Below, one piece after another: positions 55,653 to 64,000 of a stretch of 64,000 nucleotides of DNA. The stretch is from Escherichia coli 042 (GTDB taxonomy: Bacteria; Pseudomonadota; Gammaproteobacteria; Enterobacterales; Enterobacteriaceae): assembly GCF_000027125.1 (NCBI RefSeq), contig NC_017626.1; one strand, given 5' to 3'. A program made the position numbers and the translations under genes. The notes beneath the pieces were generated by a model, which saw only the letters and a list, made by a program, of their open reading frames with translations, ran no database searches and had not been told where the DNA came from. Position 1 is the first letter of the stretch; each line of letters opens with the position of its first letter.

Positions 55653-55912
55653 GTTTTCCCTGCCGCTGTACACTGCCGTTCCCACTCATCGGGGCTATAA
55701 CTGCTTGCCGAGAGGACTTTCACCGTATGCAGCTTTTCACGATTAATACAATAAAGCGCATTCTGCAAAGGTGAGAGTAAATCCCCCACTTTCACGGCGA
55801 AGTCACTCTTCACTTCGGCGATCATTTTTATCGCGCCGCCAGCATCGCAGAGCATAAGTACATGTCTGTTATCTTGTTTATTGCAGCACGATTTTTTGAC
55901 CAGCCATTCCAT
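55646..55912 (-). CDS. pmrD: Signal transduction connector PmrD
   Basis: 88 aa from [19 protein letters not shown]. Confidence 0.9.
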   Translation of the reverse strand: MEWLVKKSCCNKQDNRHVLMLCDAGGAIKMIAEVKSDFAVKVGDLLSPLQNALYCINREKLHTVKVLSASSYSPDEWERQCTAAGKTQ

Positions 55913-56021
55913 TGCATTATCCTGTTTGCTAAGAGTTTTCACATCAATTTACAGATTAACAGATAAACTCTTTATCAACGGCAATGGAATGGCAGAAATG
56001 AGAAGTGAAACGGAGGATTAA

Positions 56022-57377
56022 TTATTGCTGGCGTTGCACCCACTCTTTTAGCGCCTGACGTGAAATTTTAATACCGCCGTTTTTCAGCTCCGGCGGCAGA
56101 GTTAGCCAGCGCACCGGTTGTTGAAAACGAGCCAGCTTATCTTTCACCCATTCGTCAAGATCAACGGTTTGCTGGTCATACTCCACCACCGCTACCGGCC
56201 GATGACCAAACTCCTTGTCGGCAACGGGAACGATAAACACCTGCAAAACTGCAGGATGTGCAGCAATAACACGCTCGACTTCTTCCGGCTGAATACCCTC
56301 ACCGCCACTGAAGAACAGATTATCTAAACGTCCGACAATGGTCAGCTTGCCATTATGCATCTCACCGCGATCGCGCGTGGCGTACCAGCCTTCGTCATTA
56401 ATCAGTGGAACCAGTTGCCCGTTACGCCAGTAACCTTCTGCCATACTGGCAGCCCGCAGCCACACTTCATCATTAACGATTTTCACTTCCCGCCCCGGCA
56501 GCGGCGAACCGACGTCCGCCAGGCCGTCGGCTTCTTTCGCACACACCGTGGAGGCAAACTCGGTCAGACCATAGCCGCAAAAGCAACGAATCCCCTGCTC
56601 GCGCGCCTGTTCCGTCAACTCGACCGGGATAGCCGCACCGCCAAGTAACACCGCTTTCAGGGAAACGGAACTGCGGTTAACCAGCAAACGCCAGAGTTGT
56701 GTTGGCACCAGTGAAGCGTGAGTACAGCCTGCCAGCATTTGCTCCAATGGCTGTTTATCACGTACCGTCATCCGCGCGCCAGCGTATAACCAGCGCCACA
56801 TAATTCCCTGGCCGGAGACGTGAAACAGCGGTAAAGAGAGCAACCAGTCATCGTGCTCGCCAAACGGTATCAGCGATAACACACCTTGCGCACTGGCAAG
56901 ATGGGCCTGATAAGTATGAACAGCGGCTTTCGGCAAACCGGTAGAGCCGGAGGTCAACGTCATTGAGCACAGACGCGTCGGCTGCCACGCAGCGGCATGT
57001 GCGCCTTCAACCAGCTGAATGTGCAGCGACGTTAACGCCGGAAACGTGTTTTCCCCATCCGGCACCAGCGCAAATTGCAGCGTCAGATTGGGGAGCAATT
57101 CCTCAAGTAACGGTTGCGGCAGCTGTGGATTCACGGGCAGCACCCGCGCCCCGCATTGCAGTAACGCCAGCCAGGCCAGCAGCGTTTGCGGCGAATTCCA
57201 CGCCCGCAACATCACGCCGCTGCCCTCAACAACGCCCTGCGCCGCAAAGCCGGAGGCTAATTCATCGACGCGAGCACAAAGCTCGCGCCAGTTAAGTTGC
57301 TCGTCATTAAGACGTAAGGCGATGGCTTCTCCCCGCACTTGCCGCCAGTGACGCCACGGCCAGTCAGAGAAGATCAT
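56022..57377 (-). CDS. menE: o-Succinylbenzoate-CoA ligase
   Basis: 451 aa; AMP-binding motif [10 protein letters not shown]. Confidence 0.95.
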   Translation of the reverse strand: MIFSDWPWRHWRQVRGEAIALRLNDEQLNWRELCARVDELASGFAAQGVVEGSGVMLRAWNSPQTLLAWLALLQCGARVLPVNPQLPQPLLEELLPNLTLQFALVPDGENTFPALTSLHIQLVEGAHAAAWQPTRLCSMTLTSGSTGLPKAAVHTYQAHLASAQGVLSLIPFGEHDDWLLSLPLFHVSGQGIMWRWLYAGARMTVRDKQPLEQMLAGCTHASLVPTQLWRLLVNRSSVSLKAVLLGGAAIPVELTEQAREQGIRCFCGYGLTEFASTVCAKEADGLADVGSPLPGREVKIVNDEVWLRAASMAEGYWRNGQLVPLINDEGWYATRDRGEMHNGKLTIVGRLDNLFFSGGEGIQPEEVERVIAAHPAVLQVFIVPVADKEFGHRPVAVVEYDQQTVDLDEWVKDKLARFQQPVRWLTLPPELKNGGIKISRQALKEWVQRQQ

Positions 57378-58337
57378 AACAGCCGCTCCAGTGCATCAAC
57401 TTCCACTAACGGTAGCGGGCTACCCGGCCAGCGACGAACCTGCTGCGCCTGCATCAGATCCAGCGTGTCCAGCCCCGGAATGGTGTCTGGCGTTAACCAG
57501 GCGGCAATCCGCGCCAGTTGCGTTAAGCCTAAGCTCGACTCAATAGAAGAACTGATCACCGCCGTCAGCCCCAACGCGTGCGCTGCCTGTACCTGCTCGC
57601 GTACTTTTTCCAGACTGCCCGTGAGCGTGGGTTTGATAACTACCGCGCGCACGCCCTCTTCAGCCACAAAGGCAAAATCCGGCTCGCGCAGGCTTTCATC
57701 CCAGGCAATGGCAATGCCGGTTTCACGGGCAAACGCACGCGAATCATCGCGGGTTTTGCACGGTTCTTCGAGAAACGCGATGCGGTGGCGATAATCCGGG
57801 TTAACGTATTTGGCAAACTGCTGGCCTTTCAGCGGTGTCCAGGCGCGATTCGCGTCAAGACGCAAATGCAGATCCGGAATTGCCTCCAGCAACAGATTAA
57901 CCACCATGCCGTCGCGCACCGCTTCGTACAATCCCACTTTGACCTTCGCCACTTTCTCGCCTGGCATATCGGCAAGTTTCAGGATCAGATCGTCAGGATC
58001 GCCATTACACAGTGGTGCCGCACGGTAATTGGCCGCCCGCGGGAGCGTGTCTGCCAGCTCCGCCAATGCACAGCTTATGCCAAAGGCGACGGAAGGCATT
58101 TGCGGTAATTCGCAATCGCCTGCCAGCCAGTTATTTACCCAGGCAAGCAGCACACTTTGCGCCTCTTCCCAGGTTTCCTGACTAAAGCCCGGCAGTGGGG
58201 AGATCTCCCCCCCACCCTTCACGCTCGCCCTCACGCAGGCAAACGTACAGCCCGTCGCGGGTTTTTAACCGCCTGTCGCGCAGAACCACCCCCGCGTCCA
58301 TGGGGATCTGCCAGCGGTATACCTGCGCGCTACGCAT
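57374..58337 (-). pseudogene. menC: o-Succinylbenzoate synthase menC with apparent +1 frameshift in a C7 (coding-strand G7) run at 58207-58213
   Basis: N-terminal 51 codons ([14 protein letters not shown]...EGWG) and C-terminal 286-codon ORF (GEISPLPGF...) lie in different frames; span is 964 nt, not a multiple of 3. Confidence 0.8.
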
Positions 58338-59194
58338 TACGGATTCCGTTTAAATTTGCTGAAATCAGGCTGACGTTTCTGGTTGAAGGCGTTGCGACCT
58401 TCCTGACCTTCTTCCGTCATGTAGAACAGCATGGTGGCGTTGCCCGCCAGCTCCTGCAGCCCCGCCTGACCGTCACAGTCGGCGTTCAGCGCTGCTTTCA
58501 GGCAACGCAGCGCCATCGGGCTGTTTTGCAGCATTTCGCGGCACCAACGGACGGTTTCTTTTTCCAGATCCGCCAGCGGTACCACGGTGTTGACAAGGCC
58601 CATATCCAGCGCCTGTTTCGCGTCGTACTGACGGCACAGGAACCAGATTTCACGCGCTTTTTTCTGTCCGACGATGCGAGCCATGTAGGAAGCGCCCCAG
58701 CCGCCGTCGAAGGAACCGACTTTCGGGCCAGTCTGACCGAAGATGGCATTATCTGCCGCGATAGTCAGGTCGCACATCATATGCAAAACGTGACCGCCGC
58801 CGATGGAGTAGCCAGCCACCATCGCGACAACCGGTTTCGGACAGGTACGGATCTGACGCTGGAAGTCCAGCACGTTCAGGTGATGTACGCCGGAATCATC
58901 TTTATAGCCGCCGTAATCACCACGCACTTTCTGGTCACCACCGGAGCAGAACGCTTTATCGCCTGCGCCAGTCAGAATGATCACGCCGATGTTGTCGTCA
59001 TAACGCGCATCTGCCAGTGCCTGGATCATCTCTTTTACCGTCAGAGGACGGAAGGCATTGCGCACCTGCGGACGATTAATGGTGATTTTTGCGATACCGT
59101 CGGTGGATTTTTCATAACGAATGTCCTCGAAACCTTCGGAGCAGTCGTGCCATTCAACCGGTGCGTAAAGCATTGCTTCATCAGGATAAATCAT
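58337..59194 (-). CDS. menB: 1,4-dihydroxy-2-naphthoyl-CoA synthase
   Basis: 285-aa crotonase-fold enzyme. Confidence 0.96.
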
Positions 59195-59208
59195 ATTGTG
59201 TCCTTTAG

Positions 59209-59967
59209 TCAGAAACGCAAGATCTGCGCCAGACTTGCGATAACGCCAGCGGGATTTTCCCGATGCGCGTTATGTCCGGCGCGAGGAATGACATGGCAGT
59301 CGGCAGCCAGTTCCGCCGCCAGAGCGCGGAATTTGCTGTCACGTTCACCACATAAATAATAAAACGCAAATGTGCGGGCGCTAAGGTTAGCACGTAAATC
59401 AGGCTGGACGGCGAGAGAAGTGGCCTCCAGCATCGCGGCAAGGGTTGCGCCGTTATTGTTGCTGCGCAGCGCCACCAGCTCCCGGCGTTGATCGTCATTG
59501 AGCGAGGCAAAAACAGGCTGTTGGTACCAGTCGGCAAATACCGCGGTTAATGGTTCGGAACGAAAACGCTGCGCCCATTGGCGATCGGAACGCTGACGTT
59601 CCGCGCGTTGTTCAGCATTTTGCAACCCTGGATGCCCGCCTTCGACAACAACCCCACAAAGCCCCGCCATCCCCTGACAAGCCGCCATCATCGCCACCCG
59701 TCCGCCAAGCGAGTACCCCACCAGCCAGAAGTTAAGGATGTTGTAACTAACCAGAGTTTTACGCAGTAAGCCGGTGACATCATCAAATCCATCGACGCTA
59801 ATTGCTGCCGAACCACCGTGACCTGGGAGATCAACATACAACCGCGAGTAGTCGGCAAACGCCTCGCCCACTTCTTGCCATTCATGGCAATCGCCGGAAA
59901 AACCGTGCAAAAACACCAGCCAGGGTAAACCTGGTTTGCCGTGTTTTGCCTGCGCGTGCAGGATCAT
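59209..59967 (-). CDS. menH: SHCHC synthase (alpha/beta hydrolase)
   Basis: 252 aa; nucleophile motif GYSLGG. Confidence 0.93.
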
Positions 59968-61634
59968 AAATGGCTTACCTGCGCCAGCAGTTGCTGGAGG
60001 GTTTGCGCACCATCGGTGTCGTTAACCACCATTTCAATTACCGTGGTGGTCGGCGTGCGCCAGGCGTCGGCAAGTGCAGTTTCAAGTTCCTGCCAGTTTT
60101 GCGGACGATGATATTTCAGCTCGAACATCGCGGCGGCGTGCTCAAAATGGACGTTTTGCGGCATCAGATAGAAACGCTCGCGCTCGTTTTTCGGCGTTGG
60201 CAACAGCGAGAAAATTTGCCCGCCGTTGTTGTTCACCACAATTAATACCAGCGGCGCGGAAACCTGACGTAATAACGCCAGCGCGTTGAGATCGTAAAGA
60301 GCTGAGAGATCGCCCACAATCGCCAGCGTCGGTTTGCCGCTTGCCCGCTGAACGCCTGCGGCGGTCGAGAGCAGCCCGTCGATACCGCTGGCACCACGGT
60401 TGCTGTACACCGGGTAACCTGCCGGAAGTTGCGAAAGCGCATCAATCAGACGTACCACCAGGCTGTTACCGACAAACAATTGCCCCTGTTCAGGTAGATA
60501 GTCGCTGATGCGATGCGCCAGTAGGGCTTCGCCAAACGCATCGCGACGGGCAATAACCGCCTGCATTGCCTGTTCCGCCAGGCGCGGGATTTCAACGCAC
60601 CAGGGCTGGCGTTTTTCTGCCGGATGTTGCTCCAGCCAGTCGGCAATATTGGCAATTAAGCGACGTCCGCGATGGTGTGCCGGATCAAGTCGCCCTTCAA
60701 TGTCATCAACAATCCAGTACTCTTCGGGTTCACAGCTTGCCTGCCATTGCAGGAGCCGTTTGCCCGTCAGGCTGCTTCCCAGTTGCACCACAATTTGCGC
60801 CTGTTGCAGTTCGCTGATCGCTTTGGCATTGCTTAACCAGAGATCGGCACACGGCAGCGGCTGCCCGGTTTGCGACAGCACATCACCGATCAGCGGCCAG
60901 CCAAGAGTTTGCGCCCACAGTGCAACTTTTTTGCCCTCTTCCGCACTCATGCGCCCGGCAACCACCACGCCGCGCTTTTGCCGCCAGAAGAACCAGTCGC
61001 GCTGTTTTTCACTTTCCAGACGAGGCGCTTCACGCAGCCACGGTTTGTCGTCCTGCCACCAGTCGCCCAGCCGCTGTTGCCAGCTAAGCCCGGTGTCGTC
61101 CATTTCGCCATACAGCGGTTCAGCAAACGGGCAGTTGATATGGACTCCACCAGCATGAAGCGTACCGAGAGCGTGGTCGATGGTAGAAACCAGCCAACGT
61201 GCGGGGATATCCTGGGTCGGGCGCGGCAGTGAAATACTGTGCGTAGGGTGAGAGGCGAACATTCCCGGCTGACGAATCGCCTGATTCGCGCCGCAGTCAA
61301 TTAGCTCCGGCGGGCGATCGGCGGTTAACAGGATCAGTTTTTCTCCGGTTAACCCGGCTTCTATCAGTGCCGGATAGAGATTTGCTACCGCCGTGCCGGA
61401 GGTCACAATCACCGCCACCGGCTGCTTGCTGACTTTCGCCAGCCCCAGCGCCAGATGCCCTAGTCCGCGCTCATCGAAATGGGTGTGGTGAATGAATGCG
61501 GAATTCTCCGCCGCCGCTAACGTTAACGGTGTAGAACGCGAGCCAGGGGCGATACAGATGTGTCTGACGCCGTGACGCGTTAATGCTTCCAGAATGACCG
61601 CCGCCCAGCGTCGGTTAAATGCGCTTACTGACAT
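59964..61634 (-). CDS. menD: SEPHCHC synthase (ThDP-dependent)
   Basis: 556 aa from [22 protein letters not shown] overlap with menH. Confidence 0.94.
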   Translation of the reverse strand: MSVSAFNRRWAAVILEALTRHGVRHICIAPGSRSTPLTLAAAENSAFIHHTHFDERGLGHLALGLAKVSKQPVAVIVTSGTAVANLYPALIEAGLTGEKLILLTADRPPELIDCGANQAIRQPGMFASHPTHSISLPRPTQDIPARWLVSTIDHALGTLHAGGVHINCPFAEPLYGEMDDTGLSWQQRLGDWWQDDKPWLREAPRLESEKQRDWFFWRQKRGVVVAGRMSAEEGKKVALWAQTLGWPLIGDVLSQTGQPLPCADLWLSNAKAISELQQAQIVVQLGSSLTGKRLLQWQASCEPEEYWIVDDIEGRLDPAHHRGRRLIANIADWLEQHPAEKRQPWCVEIPRLAEQAMQAVIARRDAFGEALLAHRISDYLPEQGQLFVGNSLVVRLIDALSQLPAGYPVYSNRGASGIDGLLSTAAGVQRASGKPTLAIVGDLSALYDLNALALLRQVSAPLVLIVVNNNGGQIFSLLPTPKNERERFYLMPQNVHFEHAAAMFELKYHRPQNWQELETALADAWRTPTTTVIEMVVNDTDGAQTLQQLLAQVSHL

Positions 61635-61722
61635 GAGTTTGTCCGGTATCAATATTGCGGCTAAGTATAAGGAGCTACAAAAATAGATTATTGATATGAA
61701 TCGGTAATGATGCGACTCATTA

Positions 61723-63018
61723 CTATTCCATTTGTAATAAAGTACGCAGCCCTGCCGCTTTGTTGTCGATTTCCTGCCACTCTTGCTCGGGGTCGGAACC
61801 ACGGACAATGCCCGCGCCAGCATATAGTCGCACGACATTGCCACTGATTTTTGCTGAGCGCAGGGAAACGCAGAATTCGCTTTGTTGTAAAGAGAGATAG
61901 CCCGCAGAACCGGCGTACCATTCTCGGGTGAACGGTTCGTGACGGGCGATAAACTGTCGCGCCAGATCGCGCGGTAAGCCAGCAACTGCTGCCGTTGGCT
62001 GCAACTGATGTAAACAGATCACATCATCCGCTTTGTTGAGTGAAGTCCAGATACAGCGGCGAAGATGCTGCACTTTACGCAAACGCAGTACCTGCGGCGG
62101 TAAAACATCCAGCGTCTGGGTATCGGCCTGTAATCGTTGGCAGATATCTTCCACCACCAACATGTTCTCGCGTTGGTTTTTATCATCCGCCATCAGCCAC
62201 TCACCCAACCGCTGCGCCTGCTTATCATCAGGATGATTTGCTACCGTTCCCGCCAGCGCTTCAGTACGCAGCGCTTTGTCACGCCGCCGCCATAACCGTT
62301 CCGGTGAAGAGCCAAGAAAAGCAGTTTCGCCATCAAAGGCCATGTAAAAATGGTAGCAATTCAGATTCAGTCGACGACTGGCAGCCATCATCGCTGCCGC
62401 ATTGACCGGACTTGCGAAATGCAGGTCAGTTGCCCGAGCAAGCACCACTTTGTCGAGCTCACCTTCGGCGATGGTTTTCGTTGCCAGTTCGATTAATTGC
62501 GTCCAGCCCGTTTTGTCCGGCCAGTGTTGTTCTCGGGTGGTGGTTAAATGTAACCCAGGCAAGGGTTTAATACTCACCAGTGTGGCGATAAATTCTTTTG
62601 CCTTAATCGCATCATGCTGAAGGGAGCTTTCGCTGAATAGCGTCAGCCGCAGCGTGGCTTTACCGCCACAGCGTCGCCATTCGAGGCGTGGTAAAAGTAA
62701 ATTACCCTGCGACGGGTCAAACGCATTCAGCCCCCAGATGCGTAAGTCGGCGTGTTCCGGGTGCTGACGAAGAAACGTTTGTGCCTGGTCCAACGACGTA
62801 AAACGGGTAATCGCGCCCAGGACGGCAGCTTCTTCATCACCATTACGTTGTTGCCAGTAGAATTGCGGGTACGTTTGCTGACTGGCCAGCCAGCTCAAGG
62901 CATCAAAAGCGTCTTTGAGAGGGAAAGGAATATCAATAACCCGAATGCCGGGTGTCGCCGGAATCTCTTGCGACAAATGGCGCAGTAGATTTTCCAGCGC
63001 CGTAGTAAGTGATTGCAC
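61723..63018 (-). CDS. menF: Isochorismate synthase (menaquinone-specific)
   Basis: 431 aa, chorismate-binding family. Confidence 0.93.
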   Translation of the reverse strand: MQSLTTALENLLRHLSQEIPATPGIRVIDIPFPLKDAFDALSWLASQQTYPQFYWQQRNGDEEAAVLGAITRFTSLDQAQTFLRQHPEHADLRIWGLNAFDPSQGNLLLPRLEWRRCGGKATLRLTLFSESSLQHDAIKAKEFIATLVSIKPLPGLHLTTTREQHWPDKTGWTQLIELATKTIAEGELDKVVLARATDLHFASPVNAAAMMAASRRLNLNCYHFYMAFDGETAFLGSSPERLWRRRDKALRTEALAGTVANHPDDKQAQRLGEWLMADDKNQRENMLVVEDICQRLQADTQTLDVLPPQVLRLRKVQHLRRCIWTSLNKADDVICLHQLQPTAAVAGLPRDLARQFIARHEPFTREWYAGSAGYLSLQQSEFCVSLRSAKISGNVVRLYAGAGIVRGSDPEQEWQEIDNKAAGLRTLLQME

Positions 63019-63096
63019 GCGGACCTCTCCCTGTTAAAAGCCTCACATTATACGGGGTACTACAAAAAAAATGCAGTACCCCGGTGTAGGGAGGTT

Positions 63097-63402
63097 TTAA
63101 CGGCGTGCCAGCAACAGTCCTAGTACCAGCCCAACGGCCGCACCCACACCAATTCCTTGCCAGGGTTTTTCGTGGACGTAGTCATCAGCACGATAAACAG
63201 CCTGCTTCGCCCGATAGTAATAACTGTCTGAAGCCTGGCTAACCCGTTTTTTCACATCATCCAGCGCTTTTTCTGCACGCGCTTTCAGTTCAACATATTT
63301 CTGATCGGCGGGATCGCCAGAGGAGCGGAGCACCTCTTCCAGTGTTTCACTAAGCAGCGTCAGGTCATCATCGATACGTGTATCACCAAACTGATTAGAC
63401 AT
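63097..63402 (-). CDS. elaB: Membrane-anchored ribosome-binding protein ElaB (DUF883)
   Basis: 101 aa with C-terminal TM anchor (GIGVGAAVGLVLGLLLARR). Confidence 0.9.
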   Translation of the reverse strand: MSNQFGDTRIDDDLTLLSETLEEVLRSSGDPADQKYVELKARAEKALDDVKKRVSQASDSYYYRAKQAVYRADDYVHEKPWQGIGVGAAVGLVLGLLLARR

Positions 63403-63456
63403 TCTCGTTCTCCATTTGCGTAAAACCTGTCACTAACTATAGACAAGGGTTATTGA

Positions 63457-63918
63457 TTACGCCTGAATTACCTCGCGAGCCATCCCAATGTGTGGGATAC
63501 CATCTTCTTCATAGACCTCCGTCACAGGGATAAAGCCAAAACTCTGGTAGAAGTTTTGCAGATGCGCCTGCGCCCCGAGGTAAACAGGTTTATCAGGCCA
63601 GTGACGCGTACATGTTTCGAGTGTTTTACTCATCAGCTGCTGCCCCACTTTTTCGCCACGCAACGCTTCACTAACAATCACCCGACCAATAACGACCGGC
63701 TCAAGATCATCATCACTTTTCAGAATCCTCGCATACGCCACCAGTTCATCATTTTTCCAACCGAGAATATGGCGATTATCCCCCGTCAAATCATCACCAT
63801 CGATATCCTGATAAGGGCAATTCTGCTCAACAACAAACACCGCGCAACGCAGTTGTAATAAGGCATAAAGCTGGGAAACCGATAATTCAGAGTGATGCAG
63901 ATCTTGCCATTCAATCAT
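63457..63918 (-). CDS. elaA: GNAT-family N-acetyltransferase ElaA
   Basis: 153-aa ORF; acetyl-CoA-binding-like region RGEKVGQQLM. Confidence 0.88.
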   Translation of the reverse strand: MIEWQDLHHSELSVSQLYALLQLRCAVFVVEQNCPYQDIDGDDLTGDNRHILGWKNDELVAYARILKSDDDLEPVVIGRVIVSEALRGEKVGQQLMSKTLETCTRHWPDKPVYLGAQAHLQNFYQSFGFIPVTEVYEEDGIPHIGMAREVIQA

Positions 63919-64000
63919 AATGCTCTCCTTTTAGATGTATGCCTTATACTAGCCGGAATATTTTTTGAAACGTGATGAACTCATGGAATTAATTTTTTTA

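Noticed and set aside
55943-56021. PmrA box upstream of pmrD
   Set aside because: No YTTAAK-N5-YTTAAK match found in the short pmrD-menE spacer on either strand.
58157-59359. 400-aa plus-strand ORF across menC and menB
   Set aside because: Antisense to two well-recognised men genes; arginine-rich low-complexity translation typical of shadow frames.
60508-61232. Plus-strand ORFs of 216 and 120 aa inside menD
   Set aside because: Antisense shadow ORFs.

Overview
This window reads as a contiguous stretch of an Escherichia coli-type chromosome (K-12 ~50-51 min region), almost entirely core metabolism and envelope genes. Gene order: atoS(partial)-atoC-atoDAEB; the yfaA-yfaT-yfaS-yfaQ-yfaP alpha-2-macroglobulin-like operon (minus strand); gyrA; ubiG; autotransporter yfaL; nrdA-nrdB-yfaE; inaA; a variable segment (MFS transporter with an in-frame amber stop, short LysR regulator, AT-rich orphan ORF); glpQ-glpT and divergent glpABC; yfaD plus its duplicated fragment ypaA; rhmA and a 5'-altered rhmT; an IS200/IS605-family element (divergent tnpA/tnpB) where rhmD-rhmR would be expected; yfaY; yfaZ; nudI; ais; arnBCADTEF; pmrD; menE-menC-menB-menH-menD-menF; elaB; elaA. 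No rRNA, tRNA or CRISPR array was seen. I did not find a clear-cut novel multi-gene system. The features most worth a second look are an apparent +1 frameshift in menC at a C7 homopolymer, the TnpB-encoding IS element with its predicted omega-RNA region, the AT-rich orphan ORF in the inaA-glpQ segment, and the intact yfaS operon. All identifications rest on recalled protein families and motifs read from the supplied translations; no database search was run, and comparisons to K-12 are from memory.
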